The translations under genes were made by a program, and so were the position numbers. 64,000 nt of DNA from Raillietiella orientalis (taxonomy: Eukaryota), in contig JAYWIR010000037.1 of the NCBI GenBank assembly GCA_036172245.1, forward strand, positions 744,001 to 808,000, written 5' to 3'. Of this stretch, positions 14,339 to 27,970 are shown one piece after another; within the stretch, counting starts at the first letter, position 1, and each line of letters begins with the position of its first letter. The notes beneath the pieces are model-generated. The model was not told where the DNA came from, did no database searches, and worked only from the letters and a program-made list of their open reading frames with translations.

Positions 14339-16279
14339 AGCTCATGCAGCACCCTTTACTGTGCTCATAAGAAACAGCAGAGAAGTCAGAAAACACATCA
14401 ACACGATAGATTTAGAAGAAACACAGAGACACACCTCATCACGTCGGTATTTGATTGGTGAGGCTTACCAAAGCGACCGAGTAGAAATTCACGAAACCAA
14501 GGCAACTGCCACCTGAAGAGAAAAAAGGAGCCACACCAAAGTGAAATCAGAATTTCGAATAACCTTCGCAGTTGGAAAGGCAAAGACAAAAAGTCGCAAC
14601 GCGCATTTCCTGGGTGATCACTTAAGCAGTTAAGCGGCGTTTCAGCGACGCAGTTGCTGTAGCACGGAGTTTGTACATACAGTTAGGATGCTTAAGTGAT
14701 TCTGATACGAACACGATTAGGTCAAACTTTTCCTCTGATACGCAACAAATGTTACACACACATCCATCTCCACATTTGTTCGCGCCACACAAACAAACTG
14801 GACCAGTGTTCTGTTGGTCGTGTGTGCGTTTAGCAGGTTTAACATAAATTTCAACATAATCACTCTTATAGTTTCCACATGGAATTTAAAGTCGTCCAAG
14901 TCTCACTATCTAAACGAAGCGAACGCCTCAGTAGTCATCACCTTTCAAGGAGCCTTTCAAAGTTATGAATTTAAATAATGCTTTTTATGTAGTAAGCTGT
15001 GTTAATATTCGCAAATCGCATGGCCGCCAACGTTTGCAATGCAGATGCTTTTCTCAACTTCTAACGAGCTTGCTGTGAACAGTCAAAAGTCCGAGGAAGC
15101 ATTTTGCACTTTTTGATATGGACTTTTCTTTTTTTTTGAAAGAATCCTTGCACATGAACGGGATGAGTTTGATGATACGAACAACTAGGCAAGTGCACAA
15201 AATCATGTAGCTGAGAAGTCCAAACACGGTCTGGAAACTTTGGATAGAATGTATAGTGCTTGGTCACAGCGAATCAACGAAAAACACGAATCAAGTACGG
15301 CGAAAGCAGAAAAAGCAGCTGATGGAATCGAACTGTTCATCCTTTGGATTCAGGACCTTCAAGAACAAGCGGCAAGCTATTGGCAAGAAAAAAAAAATCA
15401 GCTACTGTTTGAAGACAAAGCCAAAATTTCTCATCACTGCAATTTCTTAATGTGAAACACAATTGCAAATGTAATGGGTTCACCGATGTGCAAACGGCAT
15501 TCTCATCGAGCAAAATGGAAAACAATGTAATGCCCACAAATTTCTGCAAATTAGACGAATTCAAATGTGCAATGTTTTACTTTACTTGGCAGAAAGAAAA
15601 AACATACAAATGACAGCATCTCTTCATAAGAAGAGACGCTGTCTAATAAATCTGCTTTCTTCATAACAAGAAAACAGGTTTATCTAGTTCATTACATTGG
15701 TTACAAAACATGCATAAGTACGTCATATTATTGTACGTACAGTGCTGATCTTCAATACAGTACCTTGTAAGATCAATTCACACGACATGAATTCGTAAAT
15801 ACTAGTAAAGTAATGCAACAGGATAAGGTTGGAGGTTAGAAACCTGACCGTGTGCCCAAGTGAAGTATGGAAGTATCTGGACCAAGTGTCTTACGAGCTC
15901 GCGTCTCCCAGGACTGAATTTCTACAATACCCCACTTCAGCTAAATTCATGCAGACAAAAACAAGGGATGAAGATTCATGCAGGAAATTTCAGTTCCAAT
16001 GACTTAAACGCCAGCGAAGTCTAACGCAATAACTTTTGGAACCAGGAAGAAACCCTGGAGAACTCGGTGGTGTCCGTAACTTAAAAGGTGTTCAAGAAAC
16101 ACTGCACCCGTGGATATGCTGTCCATAATTGATTGAGACAGATCAGCGAATTCAGAAGAGAAACCCAACGGAAAATTTTGAAAACATGAATTTTGGAGGA
16201 CGGGACAGAACGAAAACAGCAAGCGATACTGATCAATAACACATATCCTTGATCCCAGCCGCCCAGGTGCTATCTCTTC

Positions 16280-16546
16280 CTATGAACCGCCACAAAGACT
16301 CATTCGGAAGCACTGGGGGGGTGCGGAATGCACTCTGAGGACAATCGTGGTAGTGCTCAAGTAGGATGGATGCACACTGAGAAACGTTTCTGTCAGTTGT
16401 TGGGCAACAAAGATCACTCGGTATCTGTGAATCTTGAATTTAAGCAATGATAAGAGCGTACACAAATAAAAAGGATGCTGGATGATCTGATCGACCCAAG
16501 GACACAGGGATAATTCGAAATCCTCTGACTGCGCTTTATCAAGCAA
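16280..16546 (-). mobile_element. Degenerate LINE RT remnant
   Basis: SLLKFKIHRY...SYLSTTTIVLRVHSAPPQCF resembles RT LL.KL...SYL..R...VRV....S..F. Confidence 0.3.
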
Positions 16547-16751
16547 AAACTTTTCAGATTACTCCAAACAAGATCGTGGATTATTCAAAGCTTTACTCAT
16601 TCAACCACAAAAGACTGAAGGATGCAAACACTGCGTGACCGCTGTAAGTAAGAATAGTACACAGCAAAATAAACCTCACAGTAACAACAAACTGTAGTTC
16701 AATTTTGCGCTTCTCTTTGTCGAAAAATGGATATAAGAAATCAAACCTTAC

Positions 16752-16820
16752 CTTCGGAGATCGTGCATGCTTTCCCGTTCTGGTATCTCTGATGAACGAA
16801 ATATCAAGCATATCTGTTTC
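16752..16820 (-). CDS. PLCB: Phospholipase C-beta, coding exon 3 (ETDMLDISFIRDTRTGKHARSPK)
   Basis: 69 nt, TTTCAG acceptor, GTAAGG donor. Matches PLC-beta LD+S.I+D.R.G+.A+.PK. Confidence 0.95.
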
Positions 16821-18027
16821 CTGAAATCACAAGAAAAAAAAAAAAAAAAATACAAGAAAACATACCCAAAGGTTTTGTAACATGCAAATGGTTTTTCGGT
16901 ACAAGAGCATACAATCCGCCCCGTAGCACATATCTCACCAAGTTCAAGAGCAATAATGTACAAATGCACTGAACTGAATGCAGACTGTGTCCTGGAATCA
17001 GCCAATTGTACGAATTTGCAATTTTTGCACGAGGAGGCAGTTACGCATCAGTTTGCTTGTAAATCGCTCATACTCAGTAAAGGTAGATCCCCTTTTACAT
17101 AACACACAAAATGAAACGCAACGAATGAATGGCAATAAGTGATCAACGAAGAAATATTCTGGTCAGTGTTATTAATCCAGTTTGACTTACTACTGCTATG
17201 ATCCATGAGTAGAGGAAACTATTTCATCTATTCGCCGATCTAATGGCAATCTAATCCAGATTTTCATCTCAATACAATATAAGGTTTACAAAACGCCTCA
17301 CACGTGGCCGATTCTTTCCAAGGCACTTCAGTTCCCACGTGAAGCATTATATACATACTTTTAAGCGTACTGGTTATACTCCTTTTATAAGCGAACTTCT
17401 CCATCTTACTGAGGAGCGACTTAATGTGCAAAAACTTGTAGATGAAACTTTAGCAACAGAATGGATATGGGATTCCTTAACATTTCACAAAAGCCCAGCG
17501 GCTTCCAAGAAAAGTTCTCCCAGAAAGGTAACGACGCTATTTGAAAACGCGAAGTTCGTTAGGAAGAATCGGAAGAGTTTCTGGAAATCCAGGTTACAAA
17601 CCATGACGATTGCCGAAGAATTTGAAACAGTTCATTTCTCGATCGATGACTGGATCTAAATCGATGATTTGACTTCGAGGAGCAGTCATACTCGTGTCAG
17701 AAAACGAACTGATTGGATGACCGTTTCCTTGACAGTACCGAACTTATAATGAGAAAACAAAAAAAAACAAAGAAAAAAAACAACAACAACCTAAAACTCG
17801 GATTTCATCTGACCTTTGATTTTCGTTTACGTTTGCTGCAGTTCTAAATCGAGACAGGATTCACTCCATCGAATCTCCGCACCTATTGGGTTTTCAAAGG
17901 TTTGATTCTAAAGGATATCACGAACCGCTGCAAAGTATTTCAGAGGGAATTCCTTGCCCTGCATCAAACTAATTAAAAAAAAAAAAAAAACATACACACA
18001 CGAAGTACGAGTGAACAAAGGAAAAAA

Positions 18028-18350
18028 AGACAACGGTTCCTAGAACACTGCCTTGGGGGCTGATTTTGCAAAACCTCAAGATGTAAGCAACGGTAGTATT
18101 CGGTATACGAGAATATTGAAAGAGTCGTAGCCGCCATTCCCAGCATCCATCCTCTGAAGAGATGCGACGGAAGTCGCAAAACTTCACTGATGCGGCGGTT
18201 TCTTTCCGAACCTTTCCTCATTTTACAGTTCGTTGCATTCCTCTGGCATTTTGCTATAATTTAAGCACTTCTGGAGAATGTTCGCAAAATGAATTTTCGA
18301 AATGTTTTTGTTGCAGGAAAAGTGTCAAGATGGCGTGAAGTGACACCTCA
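18028..18350 (-). mobile_element. L2/CR1/Jockey-type LINE RT remnant
   Basis: PQGSVLGTVVF is the canonical RT motif PQGSVLGP.LF. Confidence 0.6.
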
Positions 18351-21300
18351 GGAATGATTCAGCCACTCGAAGTTTCCAAGAACTTCCCAACCCATCGCAC
18401 AAAAAAATACGTCGTTCTGAAGAAGATTCAAGAAAAAAAAGCAGCCAAGGAACAGCAGCGTACTTCGAGAAGAAAAAGTGGAGTTGTGCTACAGACAACC
18501 GCATTTCAAATCACGTCACCGACTCTTCATTCTAACAGGCAATTAAATATATTTAGAGCAATTCACTGGAACGAGATTTCTGCAAAAAAGTTTTTTGAGA
18601 AGTATTTTTTTTCTTCTTTCAAATGACTCAACTGTAGTGCACTGGCAAGGGAGAAAAGACGAGATTGCTGTACGAGCAAAAGATCACATAGCCGTTTCCG
18701 AATTTGCAGATTGCACTGCAGGCTGCAACTTTTCGACAGTTTTCATACGTGTACACTATTGAAATGCTACTGTACAATACTCACGAACTGGAAATTCGTC
18801 CAATAGAACTGGAAACAAACGCGAAACTGGTGCAATGCAGGAACAGTTGCTAATAGAAACGAGCAAGGCAGCCAAGTTGGCGGAGAGTAGACCAGAAAAG
18901 AAGAATCACGCAACAGAGATGACTCCGAAGCATCTGACTGAGAGCTTTCATGTGAAACATTCGTCTTGTAACTGGTATTTCAGTCACAAGCTCTTATAAC
19001 AAAATGCCGACGGCAGTCTTATAGGGAGGGGAACTCGTAAGTTTTCATCCTCATCGTAAGTTTTCTTCTCAGTTTCCTTCTCAATGCTCATTGGGAAAAC
19101 GAAATGTAATAGAATTATTGCAATTACTGATAAATAGAGACCGATTACACACAAATTATTTTTGCTTTGCTACCAAGAGGAATACAAACCCGCGACTGAC
19201 GAATCCCAACACAGTCTGAGATTAGCCATTCGATGTTCACGAAACTTCACAATATGTACTGTATTGGTCTAAAAGTTCATCTATGCTGAGAAACATTATA
19301 TCACAGGAAGAGATTGTTACAAACTTTACTTCATTACAATTACCTTTTATTTCATTTACATCTTGGGGATAAGCTGAAACACTGCCATTAGATAATAACG
19401 AATGAAACACAGCTAACGTAATCTAAAACGCATACTCCCAGGAATGACCAATTCCGAACGAACGAGAACTTCTTTGTGACTAATTGTGCTCGTTACTGCT
19501 TCTTTTCTAAAGAAACAGCACGTGTAAAGATCTTTTGGAGGGAAACTGGGATCAAATTACAATTTCTTTTAATGCCATAGTAATTTAGTTGTCAAGCAGT
19601 TTGCTCAGTAAATGCAACAGAGATTCCAGGAATTTCTTCCCATAAAGAAGAACATGTGCTTTGCATAGAGATCAACTTGGGGAAATCAGCATTAATTTTG
19701 GAAATACTAGTTGTTGTTTTTTCTTTTCAAAAATCTTCCATTGATTTACTCTTCACTTCAAACACGTTTTCCCGGATTATCTGGTCCTTTCCTCAAATGA
19801 ACACTAGCAAAACACACCCGGTAAAAACCTCATAACAGGAGCTAAAATTTTACCCGCGCCATGTCCCTTAGCAAGCATTTTTTTCCCGTTAGACTTTCAG
19901 CTGTTTATCCTCATCGTCCTTCTTTCCCATTTTTCCTTTTTGATCTGTCTTCAGATGTTTTGCAGAATTTGTTCGTAAGCACCCACTGATAAACGTCATG
20001 GCAATCATTACACAGTATCGTTAAAGCAAATCAATCCATAACATCTTTATACTTTCCAAAGACGCCATCAATATGATGTCGCCATCAAATCACTCTTTAT
20101 TAAAAGAGAGCATAACTCTTTCAATAGTTTCGGTATTTCACATCAACCGAGTCGATATCTTGATAAATCCTACAACAGGCACTCAATGTGTTCAAAGTGG
20201 GACTGCAATGAAACATTTCGTAATCCCTTTCTCCCTATCGGTTTCATAACTTTGTGATTTGTTTTTGTCAACTTTAGGACCTCAATCTTGCGAGTTTGGC
20301 GAGCTATAAAAATGTTACTTATTCCTTGCAATTTCCGAACTTGGTTACACTCAAAACAGAAATCGCAGAAGATGATGCCTTTCGTCTGCAGGGTTTACTT
20401 GAAGAGTGGAAATAAAACCTTGCTGTCAATCTTGGAATTTTATTTACTAGCATCATTACTTTAATCATTAGAAGATGCATTCGAGAAACTAAGAAGAAAT
20501 TTGAAAGTGAAGCAAATGGCAAGGAATAACAGATGCCGAAGCAAACGAGCGCCCATTTTCCAGAAAGGATACAGCGCGACGACATGCCAATTTCTCATTC
20601 TCAGTACGTAAAAAGATAGTTCCTTAGTGAAAAGTATCTCGTAGGTTCAGAAGTCCGGGATTCTGAAATAGCAAATATGCATGTACACGGTATACGGAAC
20701 AGTTCGTGATGCAATAACTTCGCACTAAGATCGCATCTATGGGCAATAAATAATTCAACAACTCTGATTTCATTACGGCATTAAAACTCTTCTTCACCAA
20801 ATGGGAATTTCGGAAGGTGCTGTTTCTAGGAAAAATGAGTACCGATCACCATGAAGCACATTTGCTAAAACTAAACGAAAAAAAAAAAAGAGGAAGCTAG
20901 ATGAGGAACTTGGAAACGAAAGAGGAAATCCTCTGTGTACGTGAGTGGGATTTCTATTCTTCGAACAAGGTTTCCGTACATCGAGACGCTTGTAGAACAA
21001 GCACAACCACAGCTATGGCGCAATTAAGGAAAAACAAAAATTCGGGCATGGAAGCAGGTTAGGTTTGACGGAATGCTACCGACTTGTTAAAATGTGCATA
21101 ACTGGAACGACGAAAAAAAAAAAAATTCACATACAAAGCGCTTCAAGCTTTTTCGAATCGATCTTTTTTTTTTAAAAAAAACAAAAAAAAACAAAATATA
21201 TGCAACAAGACACTCTTTCTATTGGTGAATATGGTGCTTCTCATCAGTGGAACAGTGTGCCACAAAATCTGCTGTCTCGGAAGGTTCCCGCAGCTGATCA

Positions 21301-21610
21301 GCTCTTTCCTGATAAACTAACGTCAGTGCACAGATCATTATCCCCAAAAGAAAAACGCTCACCACATTGATATCAACATGAGAAATCGAGGCAACCATAA
21401 TCATCATGTAGATCTAAAGTGCAATATTTGTGTTGAACAGGCAAGAATTGATGGAAAGGGGGAAAAAAAAAAAAAAAAAAACTCAAGCTACAACTCACAT
21501 TTAACACTTCCTTATGAAACGAACATATATTGCTTTCATTTGTTTTTCACTCACTAGCGATAGAGTGTGTATAGAAAATTACTGTGACCACGCGAATATT
21601 TCATGCTTAC

Positions 21611-21688
21611 GTTGTGTTGATCAGTCCAATAAAGGAAGAACCCATCAGGATCAACTTTTAAAGTTACTGGGATGCCTGGCTGGAAATC
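21611..21688 (-). CDS. PLCB: Phospholipase C-beta, coding exon 2 (DFQPGIPVTLKVDPDGFFLYWTDQHN)
   Basis: 78 nt, TTTCAG acceptor, GTAAGC donor, phase 0/0. Carries the PLC-beta PH-domain motif L.vDP.GFflYW.DQ. Confidence 0.95.
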
Positions 21689-22076
21689 CTGAAACACATA
21701 AAGGGAATCAAAAACCTAAAATCAAAAGCTCAAGCACTTCACCAGTGTGTCAGAATAACAAATTCATTATCATATATAATTTAAAATAAAGAAAAATTCA
21801 AGAGCCAATAAGAACGGGCTCAACCTCTCCGATATTTGCACAAACTATATCCAAACATATCTCTTGACTAATATTTGACTCCACTATAGAAAATTCAATC
21901 GTTTCCATAAAAACTGCGGTAGAGCTTTATGATCGTCTAAGCTATCCAAGTACCCTTAAATTCATAAACATTTAGATAATCATCATCTTCATAATCATGT
22001 TCGTCCCCCCCCCCCTTTTTTGTAAAAAAAAAAAAAAAAAAAGCACCACGAACAAACAAAGTGTTCAGTTTGTTTC

Positions 22077-22112
22077 ATTCTGGCTTTCATTTTATCAAAT
22101 GAAAGCCAGAAT
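22077..22112. repeat. Perfect 16-bp inverted repeat, 4-nt loop
   Basis: ATTCTGGCTTTCATTT-tatc-AAATGAAAGCCAGAAT. Confidence 0.95.
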
Positions 22113-25100
22113 AAAAAGTTCACTGATGCCTCAAATCAACATTTGATAATCATCCCATGCATCGCGCGTTCTTCACTCTCCAGCTTCTCACTGATCTGTA
22201 AACGAAATCCCGTTCTTCAAAAACGTACATTTGTTGATAAATAAGATGTACGAAAACTGTATTAACGTGAGAAAACGAAATAGCTGCAGCTGTAGCTTGG
22301 TAGGGTTAGCGACTGGGATGGCTGCTGGCTTATCTCTCCTTTCATCTGAGAATCAGCATTTCTTAATTCAGCCTCCTCTCCGGGTTGAACAAGTAGAAGC
22401 ATTCTACTGAAGGAAATGCTTCTTCTAGGAACAGCCTACTGCACAAGATGGTGGGCGTTTCAGGAAATTACGATAAATAAAAGCACGGAAATAGGACTGT
22501 TTCCCTGCAACTTTATTTAAATCAGGTATGGACTCAGAAATCAAGTATTGAGATGCAAATTTGCAAGGGACTGATGAGCAGGTGCGTTGTGACTTGTGAC
22601 TAGTTGACTCCAAAATTTAAATGAAAGCCATTTCCTCACGAATTAAAAATTTGTTTTGAACTATTCAACATGTATTCTTTACTAAGTAATAATGAAATAT
22701 GTATATATATAATACCATACACGTATACTGAGTGCTTGATTTTAAAGTCAACTACTCGTAATGGGATTACACTAATAGATCTTTTTATGACTTTAGAGAT
22801 GCGTGTAGTCTTGATTCAAACCACCGATCATGAATGGAAAACTTCTTTTCTTTCTTATTCTCTCTGAGATATCCCTCCTTTGAAAAAAGCAAATACGTGA
22901 TCAACGAAATAAAATCAAAAACAAAATGAAACAAAAGCGAATCCAAAAACACTGAAAGATTGCATTTCTAGTGAGGTTTTTTTTTTTTTTTCTTCTTCTT
23001 CGAAATGAATTATCCCTATCGAAATATATCATCGAAACCACATTTCATTAGTTTCCTATTCCATTTGTATCACTTTCATTGACAGTTTAAACTGAGAAGC
23101 AGAAACGTTAATAACACAGTTAACTGTGCGTAAGGCAGGAAGGCAGGTATTTCACACTTCAACCAGAATACTTGCACGTTGATTTTGACGTACACAAAGA
23201 TGTGCGAATCTGTTCTTCAGAATAAAAAAACAAATCCCCCCCCCCCCCATTTTAGTATCCTGTATTAAAGCCAGTCATGGAAAATCAACAGCTTCACCGG
23301 TTCCAGAGATAAATACCATGCATCAAAAAGTGTATTTAATTACATATGTTCTCTAAAGTGAATCCACGCACAACTAAAACATCCATACATGAGATTTTAA
23401 GATTTATCTTCAAGGCGATCATTAGGATCAGAATGGTTTGCAAAAATACACTGAGAGATGGATAGAAGGCGCATCTGCAAGTCATGAGACATCGTGAGCT
23501 GAGGAAAAAAGTGCTTTTATTAAAACGAATCACATGATCCAATGATTATTACTGTTTGCGAAAATTATGCTACCTGTTACTGTAAGCACTGAAGGCGGTT
23601 ACAAAGCTACCTATTACTTAAAAGAGGTGAACGTATTTAAGATCTGACGGCGAGTACACTACTGAATAACGGGTTCTAATCTTGATCTTTTCTTTTGGTT
23701 CACAAAAGAATTCGAAGCAATTCCTCAAAAAGACCAACCAGATGCATCCCAGTCATTTAGAAACTTCAAACAAATCTTAGTGCTGGGACGCATCTCTCCC
23801 CACGGACTGTCAAAAATTCAGAAATGCCACAAGCATCTGCCATCCAATAGTATCAGAAAGAAACTACTGGTAGAGAAACTGAACGCACTGATGCAGAAAA
23901 CACCGAATTCAAAGAAATGGAGGGTTCTGTCAAGACGCAGATGGAGAAGGAATCCAAAACGAACACTTCAAGAACTTCTTAATATAGCACTTTAGAGTGA
24001 AAAATGAACATTACTCGATTTGCAAATGCAGAGATGAAGGCACACTCTTATGCAAGCACCAGAGATTACTTGGAAATAGCTAACAGTCAGAGATTTGAAA
24101 ATGAAAACATAATCTATGAGACAAGTCAATAGCATTACTTCATTGCAAAAATGATGAAACATCGACTAATTTTATATTTCATAGCACAGTGAAGTTCCTA
24201 CTAACATGAAAAACACACACACACAAATAAGATTTCAAGTAATTCACAGCTCATTCAGATGCATAAAATTATGCGTTTCCGAAAGATTCATAGCAAACTT
24301 GACAAATGCCATCTAAATTTGGCTGATGCGATTAAAAACAAACAAACAGGAAAAGTCAAAAACAAAAAAAAAAACAAAATCGAGAGAAGGAACTGCCTTC
24401 GGCAATGAATAATTTGAAACGGGGAACACACATATGATACGTGTGTGAGCAAGGCAGTTACATTTCGAGGTATGTAAAACAAACCACCACCCACTCCATT
24501 TATCCAAAGGGTATGTTTTTCCCACTGAAACCAGTGCCACACTGCACGTAGGTCCACCGATCGAATAAGTATGGTTTTCGGCAAAGGTATTCGTCGTGCC
24601 ACACTGAACCGCAGGTTTCGAACGGTTCTCCGGAAAATGAATGGAAAAGTCACAGTTTAAAATGGGAGCACGAATTTCTCGAATAATTTTTGTCGAATGG
24701 AATTTCGAACTCGCGGGCACCCAAGACAAACATCTGACGTATCTTCGAGCTAAGAAGATCCGAGCTCCTCATGTGCTACAAACCAGGAAACCAATTTCGA
24801 GTAGGTAGTGGATAAATGAATCCCTACAGCTGAATGAGATGCAGGCAGCTATGTCCCAGGATGAGTGGCTTCCAACGATTTTCATAATGCTGAACAGTTG
24901 CTTTGAATCTTCTACATCTAGGAAGTTATTTTCAGTTTTCCATCCGTAATTATGACTGTGCTGGGAAATTTCTGATCCTTAACATCATATGGGATGGCAC
25001 AAATAAAATGCCAATAAACGAACATAAGCATTCATGTACCCAAGCAAAAACAACATGCAAATACAGCGACCCAGTTTTGGATATTGCATTAAAGTTACCG

Positions 25101-25249
25101 GAAGAGAAAAAAAAAAAAAAAAAAAAAAAAAACAGGGCATACATTGGATGCATTATGGTGTATTGAAAATGCTGTAATGTTTATGTTTATCCTCGCAACG
25201 CCTTCTTACACCGTCTGATCTTTTGGAATTTACCAACGCCTGCTCTGAA

Positions 25250-25648
25250 CACCACTACATGCGATCTGGTCGGCAATTTGGATTGGCACCCTTGATTGAC
25301 ATCAATTTGGAATTTTCCAAACGACGAATTCATTGAAGAACTAGATGACCAAATCAAAGCATTGCATTTTCCCTTAAAATATTCAGCAAGCTTCGAACAC
25401 AACAGAAAAATATGTATTTCGAAGGATGAAGACTGGGGGGGGGGGGGGGCCTATTGCCGATGAAGGCCACGTGAATGTGCGTACCGCCATAAGAATATTC
25501 TGCTGCTTCTCTGGGGATCAACCGCCGAGTAGATGCTGCACAGTTCTTTATGTGAGAACTTAAAAGTGTCCGTTAGTTCTTCTTGAAGCTGATTTATGTA
25601 GAGTTTCTGTGGACATGTAAAATTCGTTACTGAGCGGAAAATAAGCAT
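25250..25648 (-). mobile_element. Degenerate LINE RT remnant
   Basis: IFRSVTNFTCPQKLYINQLQEEL (~YRPIT.....KL....L..RL) followed by FQIDVNQGC (~GVRQGC). Confidence 0.45.
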
Positions 25649-27562
25649 TGAGAATAATAGCTTTACTAGGGTTGTACGCTTTGCTTCAAATCATGTGGAA
25701 GGAATTTTAAACCTCCGGCTTAAATGAATATCTCGGAAAATCGAACACTTGGTGGCAAATACAAAAAATTTCGTTAAAACTTGCATCTTCTTGCAAAAAA
25801 TGTTCATCATCATTTCATATAGGTAGAAACAATCATTTGCATATTGTAACCATCTCTAAATATTCGTTTACATTATTCTGTAGGCAGTAAGTTGAATGCT
25901 TTGTTTTTAAATGCAAGTGCATGGTTTTTAAAGCAGCATGCAATGTGAAATAAGTTTATGCACCCCTGTTGTATTTTGTCACGTATCTCACTTTAAATCT
26001 GTAGTCAAACTATGGAGATTTTGCGCCTTTCTTGTTTGGTGTGGCATCAAGTCAAGTTGCATTTTAATTTATGCAAATAAACTGAGGAAGGGAAAGCCAC
26101 TGATGAAGAATGTACGATCGTCAACTCATTTATTTAAGCAGTTGCTCAAGTTTTCCTATCATATAATACAGATGCTCATTCCAAATGCCACTTGAATTTT
26201 AACTTACTTTAAATTTTAAAAGTCGCATGTGTGGACTAATCAAAAAACTACTCTCAATTAACACAGTGCTCATCAACACAAAAATAGGAATAGCACACAT
26301 GCAAGCTTTGAAACAAATTTCACAGCAGAAATAATTGTTAATTTAACATTTCACCTCACTGTTTGTAAATTTTTTGGAAAGCCAGATTCACACCTAATCT
26401 GATGGAAGTAATTTTCAAGTTTAACAATTTTTTGTAACTTGGCAAAAACTCTTTAGTATCTTCCAGGAAATCATTCCATCAAGCTGAACACAGTAAGATG
26501 TTATTATTATTTACTTAAACCTACCCAAAAAAACATGGAACTCTGCTGACTTAATTATAGTCTAACCAAATGTACTGAGTTTATCTATTACAGCAGAAGT
26601 ACTCCTTAAGTCAAAAGAAGCTGCCTGTATCCAGGATATCATGAAAATGATTTATCACAATGGAAAATTCAATCTTACAAAAAAATATACTGCGCTGACC
26701 ACTAACTTATGCTTATGCTTATGTTAGATTGACTTATTGACTGTCTACCACTGATTTATGCTCTTACTTGAAACACACTTCAAAATTAATGGAGACTTGA
26801 AGTCTCATGCATAGAAAACTCACAAGTGGGTGTTCAAAGAAGCAAAGGCCAAACAATTCGGATTGAACATATATATACAAACATTATGGTATATGTTACA
26901 GTACGTAATACAAACACTATATAATAATTACAGGCTGCTGCTAATCATACAATCAAAAATCAAATCAAACGTGTCACATTATCAACAAATGGTGCACATA
27001 TTTGTGAGGATAAGGTCTTTACCATTAAAAATTACTATACTGATTGGAATTGAAAGTTTGGATTTTCAAAGATATTTTGTCAGCTAATCTTCGTTTATAG
27101 TCTGCTACAAAATGAACAGATACGTATGTGTTATATTCTACTAACACTGACACTAGTGAAGCAAAATATAATTTTAACAAAGCATGAAGGAAAAAATATT
27201 TTTTATTTACATTTGTTTCTTCGAAAATTTCACGCACCATTTAATTATAAGTTTCTAACATGTTAACAAGTTAGACTGGGCATTTCATGTACATATCATC
27301 ACTTTTGCATAAGTTTGGCCGCACAAGTTTGTACAAACGTCGGGGCCGTACACCATGAAACACTTCGTCTTGCCTTTATATTAACACTTGCGCATTAAAT
27401 TAAAGACACATTTGGCAAATCTCCGTTCAAAACATGAGATTTCATTCATCAAAAGATGAAATAAATTAACGGAAAACACAGATAACGGAAGGCCCTTAGT
27501 AACCAGAATACTTTTTTTTTTGAAAAAAAAAAAAAAAATCTGCGATCAGTTAAATAACTTAC

Positions 27563-27661
27563 TTCCTCCCATTTAACGAACTTTTCCCCTTGTATCAGAA
27601 GATTGGGAACGATGATGTGTTTTAGCTGAACAACATGAACACCAGGTTTAGCACCTGCCAT
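27563..27661 (-). CDS. PLCB: Phospholipase C-beta, first coding exon (MAGAKPGVHVVQLKHIIVPNLLIQGEKFVKWEE)
   Basis: 99-nt exon from ATG to a GTAAGT donor. Matches the PLC-beta N-terminus (human PLCB1 [33 protein letters not shown]). Confidence 0.95.
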
Positions 27662-27719
27662 TTTTTTCTTTCTTCCTTAGATACATTAATAACGTGGTTT
27701 AAAAAAACAAAAGACATAA

Positions 27720-27734
27720 TACATATATATATGC

Positions 27735-27782
<48 letters not shown>
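27720..27782. repeat. Interrupted (AT)n microsatellite just upstream of the PLC-beta ATG exon
   Basis: Read directly from the sequence. Confidence 0.9.
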
Positions 27783-27786
<4 letters not shown>

Positions 27787-27965
27787 GCAGTCATGACAGG
27801 GAGGTTGGTGAAAATACGAAATTGCAAAGTTCCTCTGACTCATACAGTGGTGATACTCGCATCTTTAACGAATCATTCTCAAAACCTGAGAACTGTTGAA
27901 AACGTTCGTTATACAAAAACAGACACAACAACATCACGCACATATTACACAACCGAAAAACTGCT

Positions 27966-27970
27966 ACTGA
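27966..27970 (-). promoter_or_regulatory. Candidate TCAGT initiator upstream of PLC-beta
   Basis: TCAGT (arthropod Inr consensus) on the minus strand ~300 nt upstream of the ATG. A short motif, so it could be chance. Confidence 0.2.

Noticed and set aside
14617..14700. 12-bp inverted repeat ATCACTTAAGCA bounding 84 bp
   Set aside because: Short, no target-site duplication, and the interior does not pair well.
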